Both the position numbers and the translations under genes were made by a program. 64,000 nucleotides of DNA from assembly GCF_006345805.1 (NCBI RefSeq), contig NC_043000.1, forward strand, positions 69,254,001 to 69,318,000, in the 5' to 3' direction. Position 1 is the stretch's first letter. The number at the start of each line of letters is the position of its first letter. Below, in pieces: positions 1-13,782 of the stretch. The notes beneath the pieces are model-generated. The model saw only the letters and a list, made by a program, of their open reading frames with translations. It had not been told where the DNA came from and did not search any database. The stretch comes from Octopus sinensis (taxonomy: Eukaryota).

Positions 1-717
1 GAGAAAGTAACCTCGTAAGGAAAGCATGAAGTGTAGCTGGTTTCTAGTCGTCTCAACCTCTGTTGTGCCACTGGTTCTATAGCTGGTTGCTCTGAAAAGT
101 GAGCACAGTGCTGAGCAATATTTTATCCACAAAAAGTTCTTGGATTCTCGGAATATTTCCATGAACTTACTGAGTTTAGGAAATGGTTTTACTCGGTCAC
201 GAGTTGATTTCCACCATGTATTTATGCATACATATATCCAACTGACTTCTGCATAGTTGCCATCTATTAAATTTGAATTACATTAATTTATTCAAGGTGA
301 TGTAAACTTATGTTAAAATACGCGTGATTAAAATTGGATGGAACCCGAAATATATGACTGGTAAGCGAACTTCTTTACCTCATGACCCTGTCTGCTTTCA
401 TTAACATTTTGAATGTTGCTTCAATAAAAATTATAGCTAAATACTTTTTACATAATACGTGTAAAAATATTTCTATTTTCATAAGCAGTGTTTTTCTTAC
501 TAATTATCAATACTATTTCATTACAGAATAATACTTGTTTGTTCTGTCTTATATTTCTAAAAGAGTTCATGAGATACGAAGTGTGTGTAAGTCTGTTTGT
601 ATATATTTAAATAATTAAGTGTCTACATATGTAAATATTACTGGGAATTATTGCTTATTAAACAAGGAAGATAACTGAGTGGTTAAACAGAAGGAGAGTA
701 GGAAGAAAGTGATTATT

Positions 718-868
718 GATAATTTCATTGATTAGCCGGTATCCGGTGCTTAAGCAGGATGTGGAAAGCCCAAAACAAAGCTCTGTATAGCAGTTTTGGA
801 AAATGTACTTGATAAGTGGACACAGTAATTCACTTATTTCTCCACAGGAGATATATTCTGGTCAGAGT
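718..868. repeat. Diverged non-coding duplicate, copy A (paralogous to 6447-6635)
   Basis: GTATCCGGTGCTTAAGCAGGATGTGGAAAG (739-768) matches 6467-6496 at 29/30. Flanking ATAATTTCATTG, TTGAT.AGTGGACA and GGA.ATA.ATTCT.GTCAG also align. Confidence 0.75.
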
Positions 869-978
869 CATAATTATACGTAGTTAGTTAATATGAATAT
901 ATAAAAACAAATATGTTGTTAATAAAGTGTCCTTCATACCAAAATCAAAATCGTAGAATTTATTACACACACACACAC

Positions 979-1012
<34 letters not shown>

Positions 1013-1023
1013 CACACACACAC

Positions 1024-1088
<65 letters not shown>

Positions 1089-1246
1089 AACAAGTAAAGC
1101 CAATCGCCACATCAAAGTGGCTGTTCCATGAGATTTTACAACTAGCTATTTTGATTGTTGCAAATCAGTGACCGGTGGTAGCTTTGTTAACAATATATTG
1201 CTAGCTGGAACAGACCCTGACTATCGTACTTGCGACGATCAGGTAC

Positions 1247-1292
1247 TCGAGACTGAGAATGAGCCAAATATCTCGAAACTGAATCAGTCTCG
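1247..1292 (+). ncRNA. Hammerhead-ribozyme-like relic (core CUGAGAA, probably inactive)
   Basis: CTGAGAA-t-GAG ccaaatat CTC-GAAA, near-palindromic stem III ACTGA(A)TCAGT, GUC triplet. G8 is changed to A and stem I has only 2 bp. Confidence 0.3.
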
Positions 1293-1350
1293 CCATCCTG
1301 TTGTCTGCTAGAGGATGGTAGGGATTTGCTCCCTCTGCTAGCAATATATA

Positions 1351-1450
1351 TCTCTTATTATAAAACGCAGATTTTATCTGCCTCCCTTTGTCTCTTATAG
1401 AAATCTACAATATAGGATTTCTTCAATTACAATTTACCTAGCATTTTTAA
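1351..1450 (+). mobile_element. Helitron-type 5' end fragment
   Basis: A|TCTCTTATTATAAAACGCAG start resembles the 5' end at 10577; no 3' CTAG end found. Confidence 0.4.
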
Positions 1451-1812
1451 GAGTAGAATGCATCGGGTCGTGCCAGGTCCAGTTTTAAAATTTCAACCCC
1501 AATTAAGCAAAATTTAGAGAAAAACTCACATTGTGGTGTATAAGTCAAATGCTTTTTAGTGTGGGCTACAGCACACGCAACACACACAGTGTGCAACGAT
1601 TGAAGTGAAAGTAATTCATTTTTTGTAGTGAGTGACTCTTTCACTCTGCATTCCCACTTCCTCTTTACACACATAGACACGCAAATATATAAATAAAATT
1701 GTAAGCTAACGTGTGTGTGTGTGTGTGTGCGTGTGTGTGAGTGTGTGTGTGTGCGTGTGCGTGTGTGTGTGTGTGTGAGGGTGTGTGTGTGTGTGCGTGA
1801 GTGTGTGACAGG

Positions 1813-2330
1813 AAAGTTTTTTAGGACGAATATAAGACCTAAAGTATATCCAAGTAGCAGAAAGATCGCCCAAAAGTGTATATAGATATTTAGATGTATT
1901 TATATATTCATCTATACACAGATGTATGTATAATGTGTGTGTATATATTTCCATAGAGGTAACCTTTCACTCCATACAAAGTTTTTTAGGACGAAAATAA
2001 GATCTAAAGTTATCTCTAAGTAGCACAAAGATCGCCCAAAAGTGTATATAGATATATAAATGTATTTATATATTCATCTATGCACACATGTATGTATAAC
2101 GTGTGGTATATATTTCCATAGAGGTAACCATTCACTCCATACAAAGTTTTTTAGGACGAAAATAAGATCTAAAGTTATCTCTAAGAAACAGAAAGATCGC
2201 CCAAAAGTGTATATAGATATTTAAATGTATTTATATATTCATCTATACACACCTGTATGTATAATGTGCGTGTATATATTTCCATAGAGGTAACCATTCA
2301 ATCCATACAAAGTTTTTTAGGACGAAAATA
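1813..2330. repeat. Tandem repeat, ~165-bp unit, ~3.1 copies
   Basis: AAAGTTTTTTAGGACGAA recurs at 1813, 1978, 2143 and 2309, with the full unit conserved between. Confidence 0.95.
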
Positions 2331-3177
2331 TTTATATATAAAAGAAAGGTTGTGTGTCTGTCTACTCCGATTTAGATTCCTAACTACTCCCACATTTTGC
2401 GATGCAGTTTAACCAAAAACCGGGATCTTATAGTCGTGATTCATATCGAGCCCTTCTGGGTATTAGCGCGCGTCTACGATGAGTCTATGATTTTACAAAT
2501 AATTTACCATCATTTTTTCTATTTTAATGCATATTTTTTTAAATGAAGGGAAGTAACTCTCAAACTTCACACCAATATGCGTGCTCATATGCGACGAAAT
2601 ATCACATCAGCAGCATTTCCTCACACCCTCCTTGCATTTGGCGAAGGCAAAATACCAGGGGATGAAAATGGTAATATTGCCATCGATTCCATTTGTACCA
2701 TTGTTAAGACGCCTTCTGATCTCAGAGATGCAGTGTTCCCAGATCTACAAGCTAATTATCAGAATATGGATTGGATTGGATTGGCAAAAAGGCTATACTG
2801 GCCCCGAGGATAAAAACTGTTCACCATATTAATGATGAAATGCTAAAACTCATTCTGGGGAGTCTATGTATATCAGTCTATCGATACAACTCCTGACCCA
2901 GAGGACGTCATCAACTATCCAATAGAGGTACTCAATTCGTTTGAGCACCCCGGACTACCACCACACTTTCTCAAACTTAAAGTTGGTGCCCCTATAATGC
3001 TCATCAGATATTTGGCTCCCCCAAAACAATGCAATGGCACACGTTTGATCGTTAAGTCCTTATCTCCCACCGTAAGCTTATATCAATATTTGCCTGAATA
3101 ATCATCATAATTCAGTGCAATCATTAACAGTACTTTCAAGCAATTCAGCCCCGAGCAACGCCGGGCAATTCTGCTAG
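2329..3177 (+). mobile_element. Non-autonomous Helitron retaining a Pif1-like helicase fragment
   Basis: 5' part matches the 26857 Helitron. Interrupted frames read LLAFGEGKIPGDENG...DAVFPDL and [31 protein letters not shown]...CNGTRLIV. The 3' hairpin CCCG-AGCAACGC-CGGG is followed by CTAG|T (3174-3177). Confidence 0.9.
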
Positions 3178-3319
3178 TTGTATATAAAGGATGCAGCGTC
3201 GCATCAATAACCAGCTGGCGGAATATCTGCCTGGGGTTAAACTAGTAGTAATATGGAGCAGCCACTTTGATGTGGCAATTGACTTTACTTCTTAGTATAG
3301 TTACTATTCTCTCTAAATA

Positions 3320-3558
3320 TAAAAGAACACAAGCGGGGTTCAAATTCCAAACAGCTGTTTCGGCAACAGTTTTATTGATGCATTCTTAGGTTTACATCAT
3401 AGGAAAAACCTGCTATGATGTAAACCTAAGGTAAATTTTAAACACATAAACAGGTAAGGTAGAAACAGATGATCAATTCATCAACTACCATGATGTAAAA
3501 TGTCACTATGCTGCCAATACAGCTGTTATGAAATTGGAACTCCACACGTGTTCTTTTA
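3320..3558. mobile_element. MITE with ~50-bp imperfect TIRs, TA TSD and an internal perfect 18-bp hairpin
   Basis: TA|TAAAAGAACAC...GTGTTCTTTTA|TA; internal CTTAGGTTTACATCATAG-10 nt-CTATGATGTAAACCTAAG (3385-3430). Confidence 0.8.
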
Positions 3559-3810
3559 TACATACACCACTGGGTTGGACCTACGGTTTACATTGGATTT
3601 GGTACCAATGCATATACGTATATCTCTATGTATATATTTATATCGTTAGATAGATAGATGTGTATGTGTGTGTGCGTGCGTGAGTATAAATGCTTATAAT
3701 ATACTATCAACAAACGATAACTATGAGTCGCTTTAGCTTACTGTGAGCTCTATCCTGGGTACCCAACCAATCTTGGCATCCTACTTGTTGCTATATATAG
3801 ATTCTAATGA

Positions 3811-3912
<102 letters not shown>

Positions 3913-4249
3913 TTGTCTGTTTGTCTGTCTGTATATATATATATAAATAGATATAGGGATGGTATTATTAAAATACCATCACAAGTGGTAAGCGAATTAT
4001 CAGCCGTACAGGCAAATTAATAAAATATATACATATAATATTAGATATGTACATATATACACAAGGGTACTACATGAGTACCTATATCGCTAATGATAGA
4101 AGTAAAAAAAATACTTCTGTACCAACGAATAGTCAGAAATCTATTACAGACAAGATAGGAAAAATATCAGTGAACAATAATAATGTCTACCTCAAATGGG
4201 TTAGAATAAGTAAATGCTGGTCAACCTGGTACCATGTTTGGCGTGCTTA

Positions 4250-4402
4250 CGTTTCCGTAACTTAGCTGTTCGGCAAAAGAGGCCAATAGAATAAGTATTA
4301 GGCTTACAAAGAGTAAGTCATGGAGTCGATTTGTTCGACTAAAGGCAGTGCTCCAGGATCGCCCCAGTCAAATGACTGAAACATGTAAAAGAATAAAAGA
4401 AT
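4250..4402 (+). mobile_element. SINE 3' half (major tRNA-derived family)
   Basis: TTCGGCAAAAGAG..ATAGAATAAGTA...CAGTCAAATGACTGAAACA..TAAAAGAATAAAAGAA tail is shared with many copies in the window. Confidence 0.8.
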
Positions 4403-4408
4403 ATATAT

Positions 4409-4488
<80 letters not shown>

Positions 4489-6446
4489 TATATAATGTAT
4501 ATAAAACACATTATTTTTTACACACAATATACAATGCATCAAGCGAACTACAATACTCTCCTATATATATGTGTGTGTGTGTATGTGTGTATGTGTGTGT
4601 GTTTGTATGTATATATGTATAATATATATATAAACATACATACACACACATGCATGTACGCAAACACATATTGTCATTTACTGTTTCTCACTGATATTCT
4701 TTTGCTCAACTATCTATATATTAATTTGGGAAGATGAGAAGTGTTCACTAAGATACACTAAGACTTATAGCTAAACTCTCTTAATAATCTCCTTGTATAT
4801 CTCTGGAGTTTTAATTCAATGCTTTTCTGTACTAAATAGTTTCATTCATACATTTTAGTAAACACTGTAAGACAGGTGTCAGCGTATTATCACTATATAC
4901 AATATATTTATGGATAGAAAAGAAAAGAATATCCGGACTAGTTTTAATTTTGTGTTAAAATTTCATCAACAGCTGAGTACCCTTCTTAACTATCGATAAA
5001 GGCACTACTTATAAATACACTATTTTTAAGGACTTATCTAAATTGGACAGACCGGTTTTTATATGTAGCTCGTTCTTTGTAACCATTTCGATAATAAATT
5101 ACTGATGTCTTCAAAGTATTTTGGTAGTTAATTCCAAATATATATAAATGTCTACTAATACAGAATATTATCTTAGCAGATTTGATATATTTATTGCCGT
5201 CATTATTATTCTTACTACAAGCTTCAAAGTACATTGCTTGCTTTAAATCACTTTAGTAATGGTCGCTGATTTGTGTGTTGTTTGCGTTGTTTGCAGTGGA
5301 TGTTAAAAAAAGAAATTCATGATTCCTTCTAAATTTTAATCTAAATGGTATGCGCTTACTTCGTATCACAAACTGTATAGTACAGTAAGCTATTTAATAT
5401 TTCACTTACTCTTCATTCTTAACAGCATGATAAGGTCTTGATTTAATGGCTTCTCTTGTATAATTTTAACCACCGAATAGAAACCTGACAAATGTTTTAG
5501 CGGTTTATGTTATGAGTAGATGACACATTTATAATAAATCGATACCACAGCAGCAGGCATGGCTACGATGCTGAAAACTGTATCGGAACTATGCGGTTCC
5601 AGGATCGATGTCACTTTACTCAAACAAACCTTGTTCAGAATAGCATCGGTTATATGCAGGTTGTCCCGCAAAATATATACACGCTTTAACAGCTGATAGC
5701 TCAATTTTCATTTCTTTTTAGATTTAATCTATTGGGTTCTTGCTCTTCTGCGATTAGTCAAGTGATGTAGACACCCTGATAAGATCCCAACAATGGTCTC
5801 GAATTGATCAACGCTATTTGCTATTTCGGCACTCTACGGACTCAAACAAAGGAAAATTTTCCTAAAGTGCTACTGGGAATTTGAAAATGCAGTCAAAGGA
5901 CAACTAAGGAAAAGGTTTCAAACAGATTCACCTACCTGATTTACCATTACTCGAATTAGAAATAAGTCTGAAACAGATGTTACTGTCCACAGCGTCCACA
6001 AGAAAGGTTCTGAAAGACTGCAGACATTGATGAGCCTCACAAAGCAAGCAAAATTACTACAAACGTTTAAAAAACATTTGCGTGGTAAGGGTAGGATTTT
6101 CAGAATAGAGCGTTCATTGAATTTATAGACGCTGTCATCAGTAAGTTATTTTCCAAGAATAGTTTCTCAATGAAAATGATTTGACTTAAAAGTGCAGAAT
6201 TTATTAAATTTTGAAAATGAAATGTATTTTAATAATCACTTTATAATTATTCAATGTCTTTGTACATTTATTGGGGACACCATGTACATGCACACATACA
6301 GGCACACAGATGCATATATGCGTGTGTTGTAAAGCAATCGGCTTTAAAGCAGCCAGTCAATATGTTAATGGTAAAAGGAAGTATATCAAGTTTAATATGA
6401 TAACGATATCTTATAATGGACATTCGTGCATTATTTGGGATTATGT

Positions 6447-6635
6447 ATAATTTCATTGTTCACCTAGTATCCGGTGATTAAGCAGGATGTGGAAAGTTAA
6501 GCAGAAAACCTGTCCTGTAAATCTGAAAACTATTTGATCAGTGGACATAGAGCAATGAATTAATTAATAATTCTAATTCGTCAATTTCCCTAAAGGAAAT
6601 ACATTCTTGTCAGGATCAAGATTATAGGTGGTCAG
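6447..6635. repeat. Diverged non-coding duplicate, copy B (paralogous to 718-868)
   Basis: GTATCCGGTGATTAAGCAGGATGTGGAAAG at 6467-6496 plus aligned flanks. Confidence 0.75.
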
Positions 6636-6744
6636 TTGATCTGCCTTGTTTACCAAAACTAAATTGTATACACCCAAATTAAAATACAAGAAATCACAAA
6701 ATTCATACACAATACATATATACATGCATACACGCATGCATAGT

Positions 6745-9700
6745 GTGCTTTCACTTCACTACCGAGCGCAGCTTTGTGTGCCTTGGGTATGTGCTGTGAT
6801 TTGTTGTGATGCTCTGATGGTTATTGTATGGAAAGTGTTCTGCGTAGGATGTGTGCAGTACCTAGTAGTGCAATTTCCTGTATGTTATATGTGTTTGTAA
6901 GTCCTGGTGTTTTTGTTATGTATTTGGCCGAATATTTTTTTATCATGCCTAATGCACCTATTATGATATGAATTGTTTCTGCTTTTAGATTCCACATTCT
7001 GGTTACCTCTATTTCCAGGTCTTTGTATTTTGAAAGATTCTCCATTTCTTTTAGAGACACGTTGTCATCCGCTGGTATTGATACATCAATTAGAAAACAT
7101 TTTTTTCTACATGATCTCTGACAACTATATCTGGTCTGTTGGCCTTAATTTCTCTATCTGTGTGTATTGGAATATCCCAGAGTATGGTTGCTTTCTCGTT
7201 TTCTGTAACCTTTTCTGGGGTGTGCCTATACCATCTTTTTGTGTTGTTATTCCATAATGTTGGCATAGCTTCCAATGTATGTAGGTTCCAACTCTGTCAT
7301 GTCTGTGAATATATTCCTTCTTAGGCAGGACTGGGCAGCTAGAGATAATATGATTTATTGTTTCTTGTCCATCTCCACATATTCTGCAGTTACTTGTTAT
7401 ATTTCTTTTCATTACATGTTTTTGGTAATTTCTGGTGGGGAGGCTTTGGTCTTGTGCTGCAATTAAAAATCCCTCTGTCTCTGCTTTGAGTCCTGAACTT
7501 CTCAACCATTGCTGGGATTTTTCTTTGTTTATTTCCTTTGCATTTAGTTTAGTCCAGTATTTACCATGAAGGGGCTCTTCTTGCCATCGTTTTATCATGG
7601 TTCTTGGCTGTTCTATTTTTAGTTTGGATTTCATTTGTTTTATAGCTTTTGTTGTTTCTTCATCTTCTTCTTCTTCATATTTGTTAGGTGGTATGATTTC
7701 TTGTTTGTATTTGTCAGCTTCCTTAAATACTGAGAACAGTTTTTTGTTTTGCTCGTGTTTTGTCGCTATATGTATCAGTTTTCCTTCCTTCTGAAGTAGA
7801 TATGTTTGCAGTCCTATGGTGGTTATTTTATAGTAGTTTTCCAGCTGTATAAGGCCTCTATCACCTTCTATACGTTGTATATATAGCCTTTCTATGTCAG
7901 ATATTGGGTGATGCATCCTAGATCCCGTCATTATTTTTCTTATTTTCCTATCTATTTTGGCCAGTTCATTTAGTGTCCAGTTAAGGATATTGTAGCTGTA
8001 ACTTATAACTGGGACGGCTAAAGTGTTGATACCTATTAGCTTGTTTTTAGCATTGAGCTGTTTTCAGTATTGATCTAACTCGTCTATAATATTCTTTTTT
8101 TATTTTCTCTTTCGTTTGTGTTTCGTGTCTTATCTAGTTCATGGATTCCTAAGTATTTGTAAGTTTGGCTTTGGTCTAATTCTTTTATTTCATTGGTTTT
8201 ATCTAGTTTTCCTCTGTTCAGGGTTATTTTGGCGCATTTCTCTAATCCAAATTTCGTATCTATTTCTTTGGTAAATCCATGAACTGTCTTTAGTAGTGTT
8301 TCCAGCTGTTTGTCATTTGTAGCGTATAATTTTAGGTCATCCATATATAAAAGGTGGCTGATCGTTTTGCCGTAACATTTATATCCGCATCCAGTTCTGT
8401 TTAGTATATCCGATAGAGGTGACAGTGCCAAGCAGAAAAGGAGTGGAGAGAGCGTATCTCCCTGGAATATTCCTCTTCTAATGGGGATGGCTTTGGTTTT
8501 CTCAAGTCCCTCTTTTGTTTGGCGCTGTAGCACTGTCTGCCATTCATTCATAGAGTGTCCTATGTATTTTATAATTGTTGGTGTAACTTTGTTAATGGTT
8601 AGTGTTTCGAGGATCCATGTGTGGGGGATGCTATCAAACGCCTTTTTGTAGTCGATCCATGTAATACTGAGGCCTTTCTTCTTTCTGTGGCTGTCTTCAG
8701 TTATGGCTTTATTGATCATTAGTTGATCTTTACAGCCATATGAGCCTTTGCAGCATCATTTCTGCTCTTCTGGAAACGGGTTGTTTTCGTCCAGGTGCTT
8801 GTTCAATCTTTGGGATATTACTGCAGTAAATGCTTTGTACATTGTAGGGAGACAGGTTATAGGTCTGTAGTTTTCTGGTTTTGCTGTCTCATTTGATTTG
8901 GGAATTAAGATGGTTTTCCCCTTCGTGAGCCATTAAGGTATTGTCTCTGGCTCTGCCAGTATGTTGTTAAAATTTTCGGCCAGCTTTTTGTGCATTCCTG
9001 TTAGATATTTCAACCAGAAGTTGGGGATCTTGTCATGCCCAGGTGCCTTCCAGTTGCTTAGTCTTTGCAGTGCCTGGGTGACCTCTTCAGTTGTTATGGG
9101 GGTCTAAAGTTGCTCAGATACTGAGTTTGTTGTTTTAATACTCCTTGTTTTTGGTTGTTCGTTCGCCGACCATATTTCTCTCCAGAATTTTTCCACTTCT
9201 TCTGCCGTTGGTGCTGCAGTGACTTCTATTTTATTTTTGCCAAGTTCTTGGTAGAACTTTTTGGGGTTGGAGTTGAACTGTTTGTTTTGTTCAAAGAAAC
9301 GTTGGCGTTTCTCGTACCGGCGGATCCTTTGTGCTTTGGCAAAGATATCTAGCTTTAGCTTTTCTTTTATCTCAGGTAAGTCTTTTTCTGTGATGTTGTA
9401 TTTGCGGAGTATTTTCGTTTTCTTTTTGTTGCTCAGTAGCGTTGATTGTCTACTGATTTCATTAAGAATCGACAGGTCTTTTCTCATTTTTTGTATTTTG
9501 TTTTGTATGTTATTTATCCACAGGGTTTGTTTGGGTGGGGGTACTCCTGTTTGGATGGGTTTGAGTGAGTATCCTGCTTCTTTTGTGGCTGCAGTGGCTG
9601 CTGCGTATACTAAGTCATTTAGGTCAGTGATATCGCTTTTTATTTCAGTAGCTATTAGTTCCGTGACGGCTAGGTTTATGCTGTTTATAATTGATGTTGT

Positions 9701-10050
9701 TGTTTTGTCTATTTTGAGTTTTGGTCGGTGGTCCATTTTGAGCTCTGTGGTTTTCAGTTCTTTGATTATTCTACTTTTTATAGTATATAATCATTAGGCT
9801 CCCCTTCGTTGTTTCCAGGTTTTAGATTTGTGTCACTTTCTTTCTCATTCGTATGTTTCTTTGTCGTGTTTTGGCTTGCTGTTTGTCATGTACTATTATG
9901 CATCCTTAAGGTCTGGGTTTGTTGCTTTTTATTTACATCGTTTTTGTTGGAAATTTTACGATTGTCTTCGTGTTTTACTATCTCAGTCTTTATATTATTT
10001 GGCATTGTCGTGTGGCTTCTATCTACATTTTCCTGATGTATTTTCAAATA
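6745..10050 (-). mobile_element. R4/Dong-like non-LTR retrotransposon (RT plus restriction-like endonuclease), disrupted
   Basis: RT motifs WIDYKKAFDSIPH, GIFQGDTLSPLLF, ISHLLYMDDLKLY; CCHC knuckle CRICG..ETINHIISSC...HRHDRV; RLE motifs NRPDIVV and KYKDLEIEV..MW...IGALG. Split over several ORFs by stops, frameshifts and deletions. 5' boundary approximate. Confidence 0.92.
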
Positions 10051-10479
10051 ATAAAGCATTTGATTATGGATGGTAGATAAGCTATAATAGCTATGTTATA
10101 TGGTATATATTAATATTTTAGAGTTTCAAAATTATTGGGGGTTAAGGAGCGATTATTTTAAATCATAAGCTATTTCTAATTGGTTAACACATTTGAATTT
10201 CTACGCTTCATTTACTGTTAGTTAATAGAAGATCCAATTATTAAGTAAATAAACCGTGTTAATCACTTGTATTTACAATGTATATCCTTAAATTAACTTT
10301 TAGATATTATTCATCAACAAAGAGTTCTTACAATAATCAATACAATTGTAAGTTAATACATGAATAATTATCTACAAAATTTAATAAAGTATATAAAACT
10401 CCGACCATATGTTATATATACTCAATGTATACATATACATATACACATATCTATGCATAGATAAACAAATATACATACA

Positions 10480-10521
<42 letters not shown>

Positions 10522-10576
10522 GTATATAATATACATATTTATATATATATATATATATTATATATATATATATATA

Positions 10577-10960
10577 TCTCTTATATATAAACGGCAGTTT
10601 GTCTGTGCGTGTTTCTGTGTGTCTGTTTTCTCGTTACCCTCACCCTGACCACGGCTTTCAACCGATTCTGATGAAACTTGACACACACATAGCCCAATGT
10701 CATAATTCAAAACTACGCAGCGAAAATTTTGAAAAGTCCCCCAGTTCTGAAAAAATCGATAAATTCGACATGGGGTCGAGAAAAAAAAAAACAAACCACA
10801 GACTGTCTAGGGGACGCAACTCAACCTTTTTTTACTCTCAAAAAAAAATTTACCATCACTTTTTTTTCCATTTTTTTGCTATTTTTTGGCTATAACTCTC
10901 TAAAGATGCTTTATAGTTATTTCCCTTACAAACCTGAGCAACGCCGGGCGATACTGCTAG
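10577..10960 (+). mobile_element. Non-autonomous Helitron
   Basis: A|TC start, 3' hairpin CCTG-AGCAACGC-CGGG, CTAG|T end; 3' ~80 bp nearly identical to the end of the 26857 element. Confidence 0.85.
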
Positions 10961-11090
10961 TATAATATATATATATATATATATAAATATATATTTGTGT
11001 TGTGCGTGTATGTGTAGTGCATGTGCGTGCGTATGTATGTATGTATGTATGTATGCGCGCGTGTTGTATGTATATATATACATACATACC

Positions 11091-11122
<32 letters not shown>

Positions 11123-11129
11123 TATATTA

Positions 11130-11500
11130 TAATCTTTTACTTGTTTTAGTCATTTGACTGCAGCCAAGCTGGCATGCCGCCTTGAAGGACTTAGTCCAAC
11201 AAATGGACCCAAATATCTAAATTTCCTGGTACTTATCTTATCGGTCACTTTGCTGCCGAACATCTGTACAAGAATGTAAATAAACCAGTACATTATGTTA
11301 ATGTAGGGGCATAAATCATATGCTCAAAGATATGCACATGCGCATACACACATATATGCATACACAGCTTCCCTCTACTAAATTCACTTGAAAATCATTG
11401 GTCAGTCCAGGATAAAGTAAATGAAATGTGCGTAAATTGTCGCCCAGTGAGACCGAACTCGAAACAGCTTATAGGCAATCGTGGAAGGATTTCTCATTAC
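11130..11500 (-). mobile_element. tRNA-derived SINE, decayed
   Basis: Reverse complement of the major SINE (CTTTTACTTGTTTTAGTCATTTGACTGC ... GAGACCGAACTCGAAAC). Confidence 0.7.
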
Positions 11501-12309
11501 CACCAGTCTATGAGGCTTTAAAAAAGAAGGGCCATGAGCCTCACATTTCCCTCTTTGAATGCAAAGCAGAAAAGTTTTCTACTATTCTGCATAAATAATA
11601 AAAGGAAGAAAAGTGGCTACTATTCTGGATTAATAGTAAACGTCTAATATAAATTGTAGTCCTATTGACAGAATCAGCAACCCAGGTTCAGTTTTCGTCC
11701 TTGCTATTCCACCTACTACTCTTTTAAAAGATCTGAACATAATAATAACGTTGATACCATAATTGTCATCTCACAATCCTTACGTCATTAAGCTGACTAT
11801 CCCAGAAAGTTTCAATTAATTCTATTTATTCGCTAATGCGTGGGATAATAATCAACGTTATTATCATGTTGTTGAATAAAGGAGGTTCTATTCGAGCTGT
11901 CTTAGAATCTAGTGTTTATCTCCATGGTAATCGAGGACTGTAGTTAAAAAATTCCAAACACTTGAATTTGAAACATCGATTATTTAAGCAATTACGTAAA
12001 ACCACTTAAAACCATGAGGAAAGTAGGACAAGGGTTTACGCAACTATTTTCATTGACCGATGTCTTGCGGACGATAAATATAAACATAAGGAGTTTCTTA
12101 TAAAAATTCTGTAAAATAAATTTGCAACTAGTTATCCATCATGTTATTATTGCTAAAATAAATGAATGGAATTATCAGATCAGAACAAACTGAACAACTA
12201 TGTTTCTAGCTACACTAATACACACATAGATACCATATCATGTATGATAACATAGGTCGTTTTACGATATTTCTCCAGTCATCACTCTGTGTTTGTATAT
12301 AATTCCTTC

Positions 12310-12745
12310 TACTATAGGCACAAGGCCTGAAACTTGGTGTAAGTAGGGGGTAGGTAGAATTACATCAATCCAGTTGCTCAACTGGCACTTATTTTATCGA
12401 CTCTGAAGGGATGAAAGGCAAAGTAGATACCGGTAGAATTTAAACTCAGAACGTAAAACTAGAAGAAATGTTATTAAGCATTTTGTCTGCCGTGCTAACG
12501 ATTTTGCCAGTTCACCGCCTTCAGTTGTATACAAAATGGTTTCAAATTTTGCTCATTAGTTTCACAGGTGGGTGTAAGTCGACTACATTGACCCCACTAC
12601 TTAACTGGTACTCATTTTATCGATGCCGAAAGGATAAAAGGCATTGTTGACCTCGGTGGAATTTGAATTCAGAACGTAAAGGCAGACGAAATGCCGTTAA
12701 GCATTTTGCCCTGCGCGGTAACGATTCTGCCAGCTCACTGCCTTC
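12310..12745 (-). mobile_element. Two adjacent copies of a second tRNA-derived SINE family
   Basis: TTATCGA..C.GAA.GGAT.AAAGGCA..GT...C.C.G..GAATTT.AA.TCAGAACGTAAA occurs twice (12310-12522, 12560-12745); same family as 30295 and 45195. Confidence 0.8.
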
Positions 12746-13129
12746 AGTTTGTATATAATGATGGTATCAAGGTACTCCAATCAATCACTTTAACACTTCC
12801 CCTCCTCCAAACTCTTGTTTCTCTGATTATAGTCATGTATTAAGCATCAGAAGTAACCTAAAATCAACGACACATGAATATTTAGTACGGAAAATGGTGG
12901 CAGGATCAAGCTGACAAAGACAAGACGAAGGATCAATAATTCAATTATAATGGGCGTCAGTCTGTACGATAAGCGTTCAGATTTTTTTAATCAAATAGAT
13001 TTCTACTCATGAAATGAATAGTTCAAGAGGATAAGTATTCCAGAATTATCTACAGACATAAACGTTAATATATAGATATATGTCTTTTTTTATGCATGTA
13101 TGTACGTATATACGTATATATATATGTGA

Positions 13130-13160
<31 letters not shown>

Positions 13161-13186
13161 ATATATATATATATATGTATGTATGC

Positions 13187-13242
<56 letters not shown>

Positions 13243-13709
13243 TATATAGACACACACACACATTCTTTATTATTAGTTAATTGGTCAAATATCTATCCAA
13301 ACATTTCACGTTTTGTTTTTGTTTTTGTTTTTTGTTTTAATTTTTATTTTCTCAAATTTCTTTCGACGCCATTCGCAAACTTTTCAGTGATTTATCTGTC
13401 TCCGAAGGCCGTCTCCGAAGGCCGTCTCCGACGAATTCACCTAAGGAATCTTGCAAACCTTTTACAAAATCTATATCTATATATATATTTATATATATAT
13501 ATAGTTTTTGAATTTGGTTCAGGATTCTTTAACGAATGATCGCCATTTCATTCACATTTCAGAATAGAAATCTAAGTAATTTCTTTTCACCGATGAAAGA
13601 CATTACGCATCACATTACTTGTCTCCTCTGTAGGAAGATCTTGCACACACACACACACACACACGCACACGTACACGCACACGCACACACGCACACGCAC
13701 ACACACACG

Positions 13710-13782
<73 letters not shown>

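Noticed and set aside
1-163. Minus-strand open frame MEIFRESKNF...GYFL running off the left edge
   Set aside because: Only 54 codons, no recognisable domain, ambiguous splice signals; cannot be supported without the neighbouring window.
3345-3365. Minus-strand GAAACAGCTGTT resembling the 33294 stem III
   Set aside because: No upstream core; it is part of the MITE terminal repeat.
4420-4495. Recurrent single-base phase breaks (TATTAT, TAATA) inside long (TA)n tracts throughout the window
   Set aside because: Most simply explained by slippage mutation or consensus error in self-complementary tracts.
5510-5704. Short ORFs on both strands around 5.5-5.7 kb
   Set aside because: No recognisable motif and no consistent exon boundaries.
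13588-13635. CCGATGA followed by an AGAC/GTCT stem
   Set aside because: No GAAA follows the stem.
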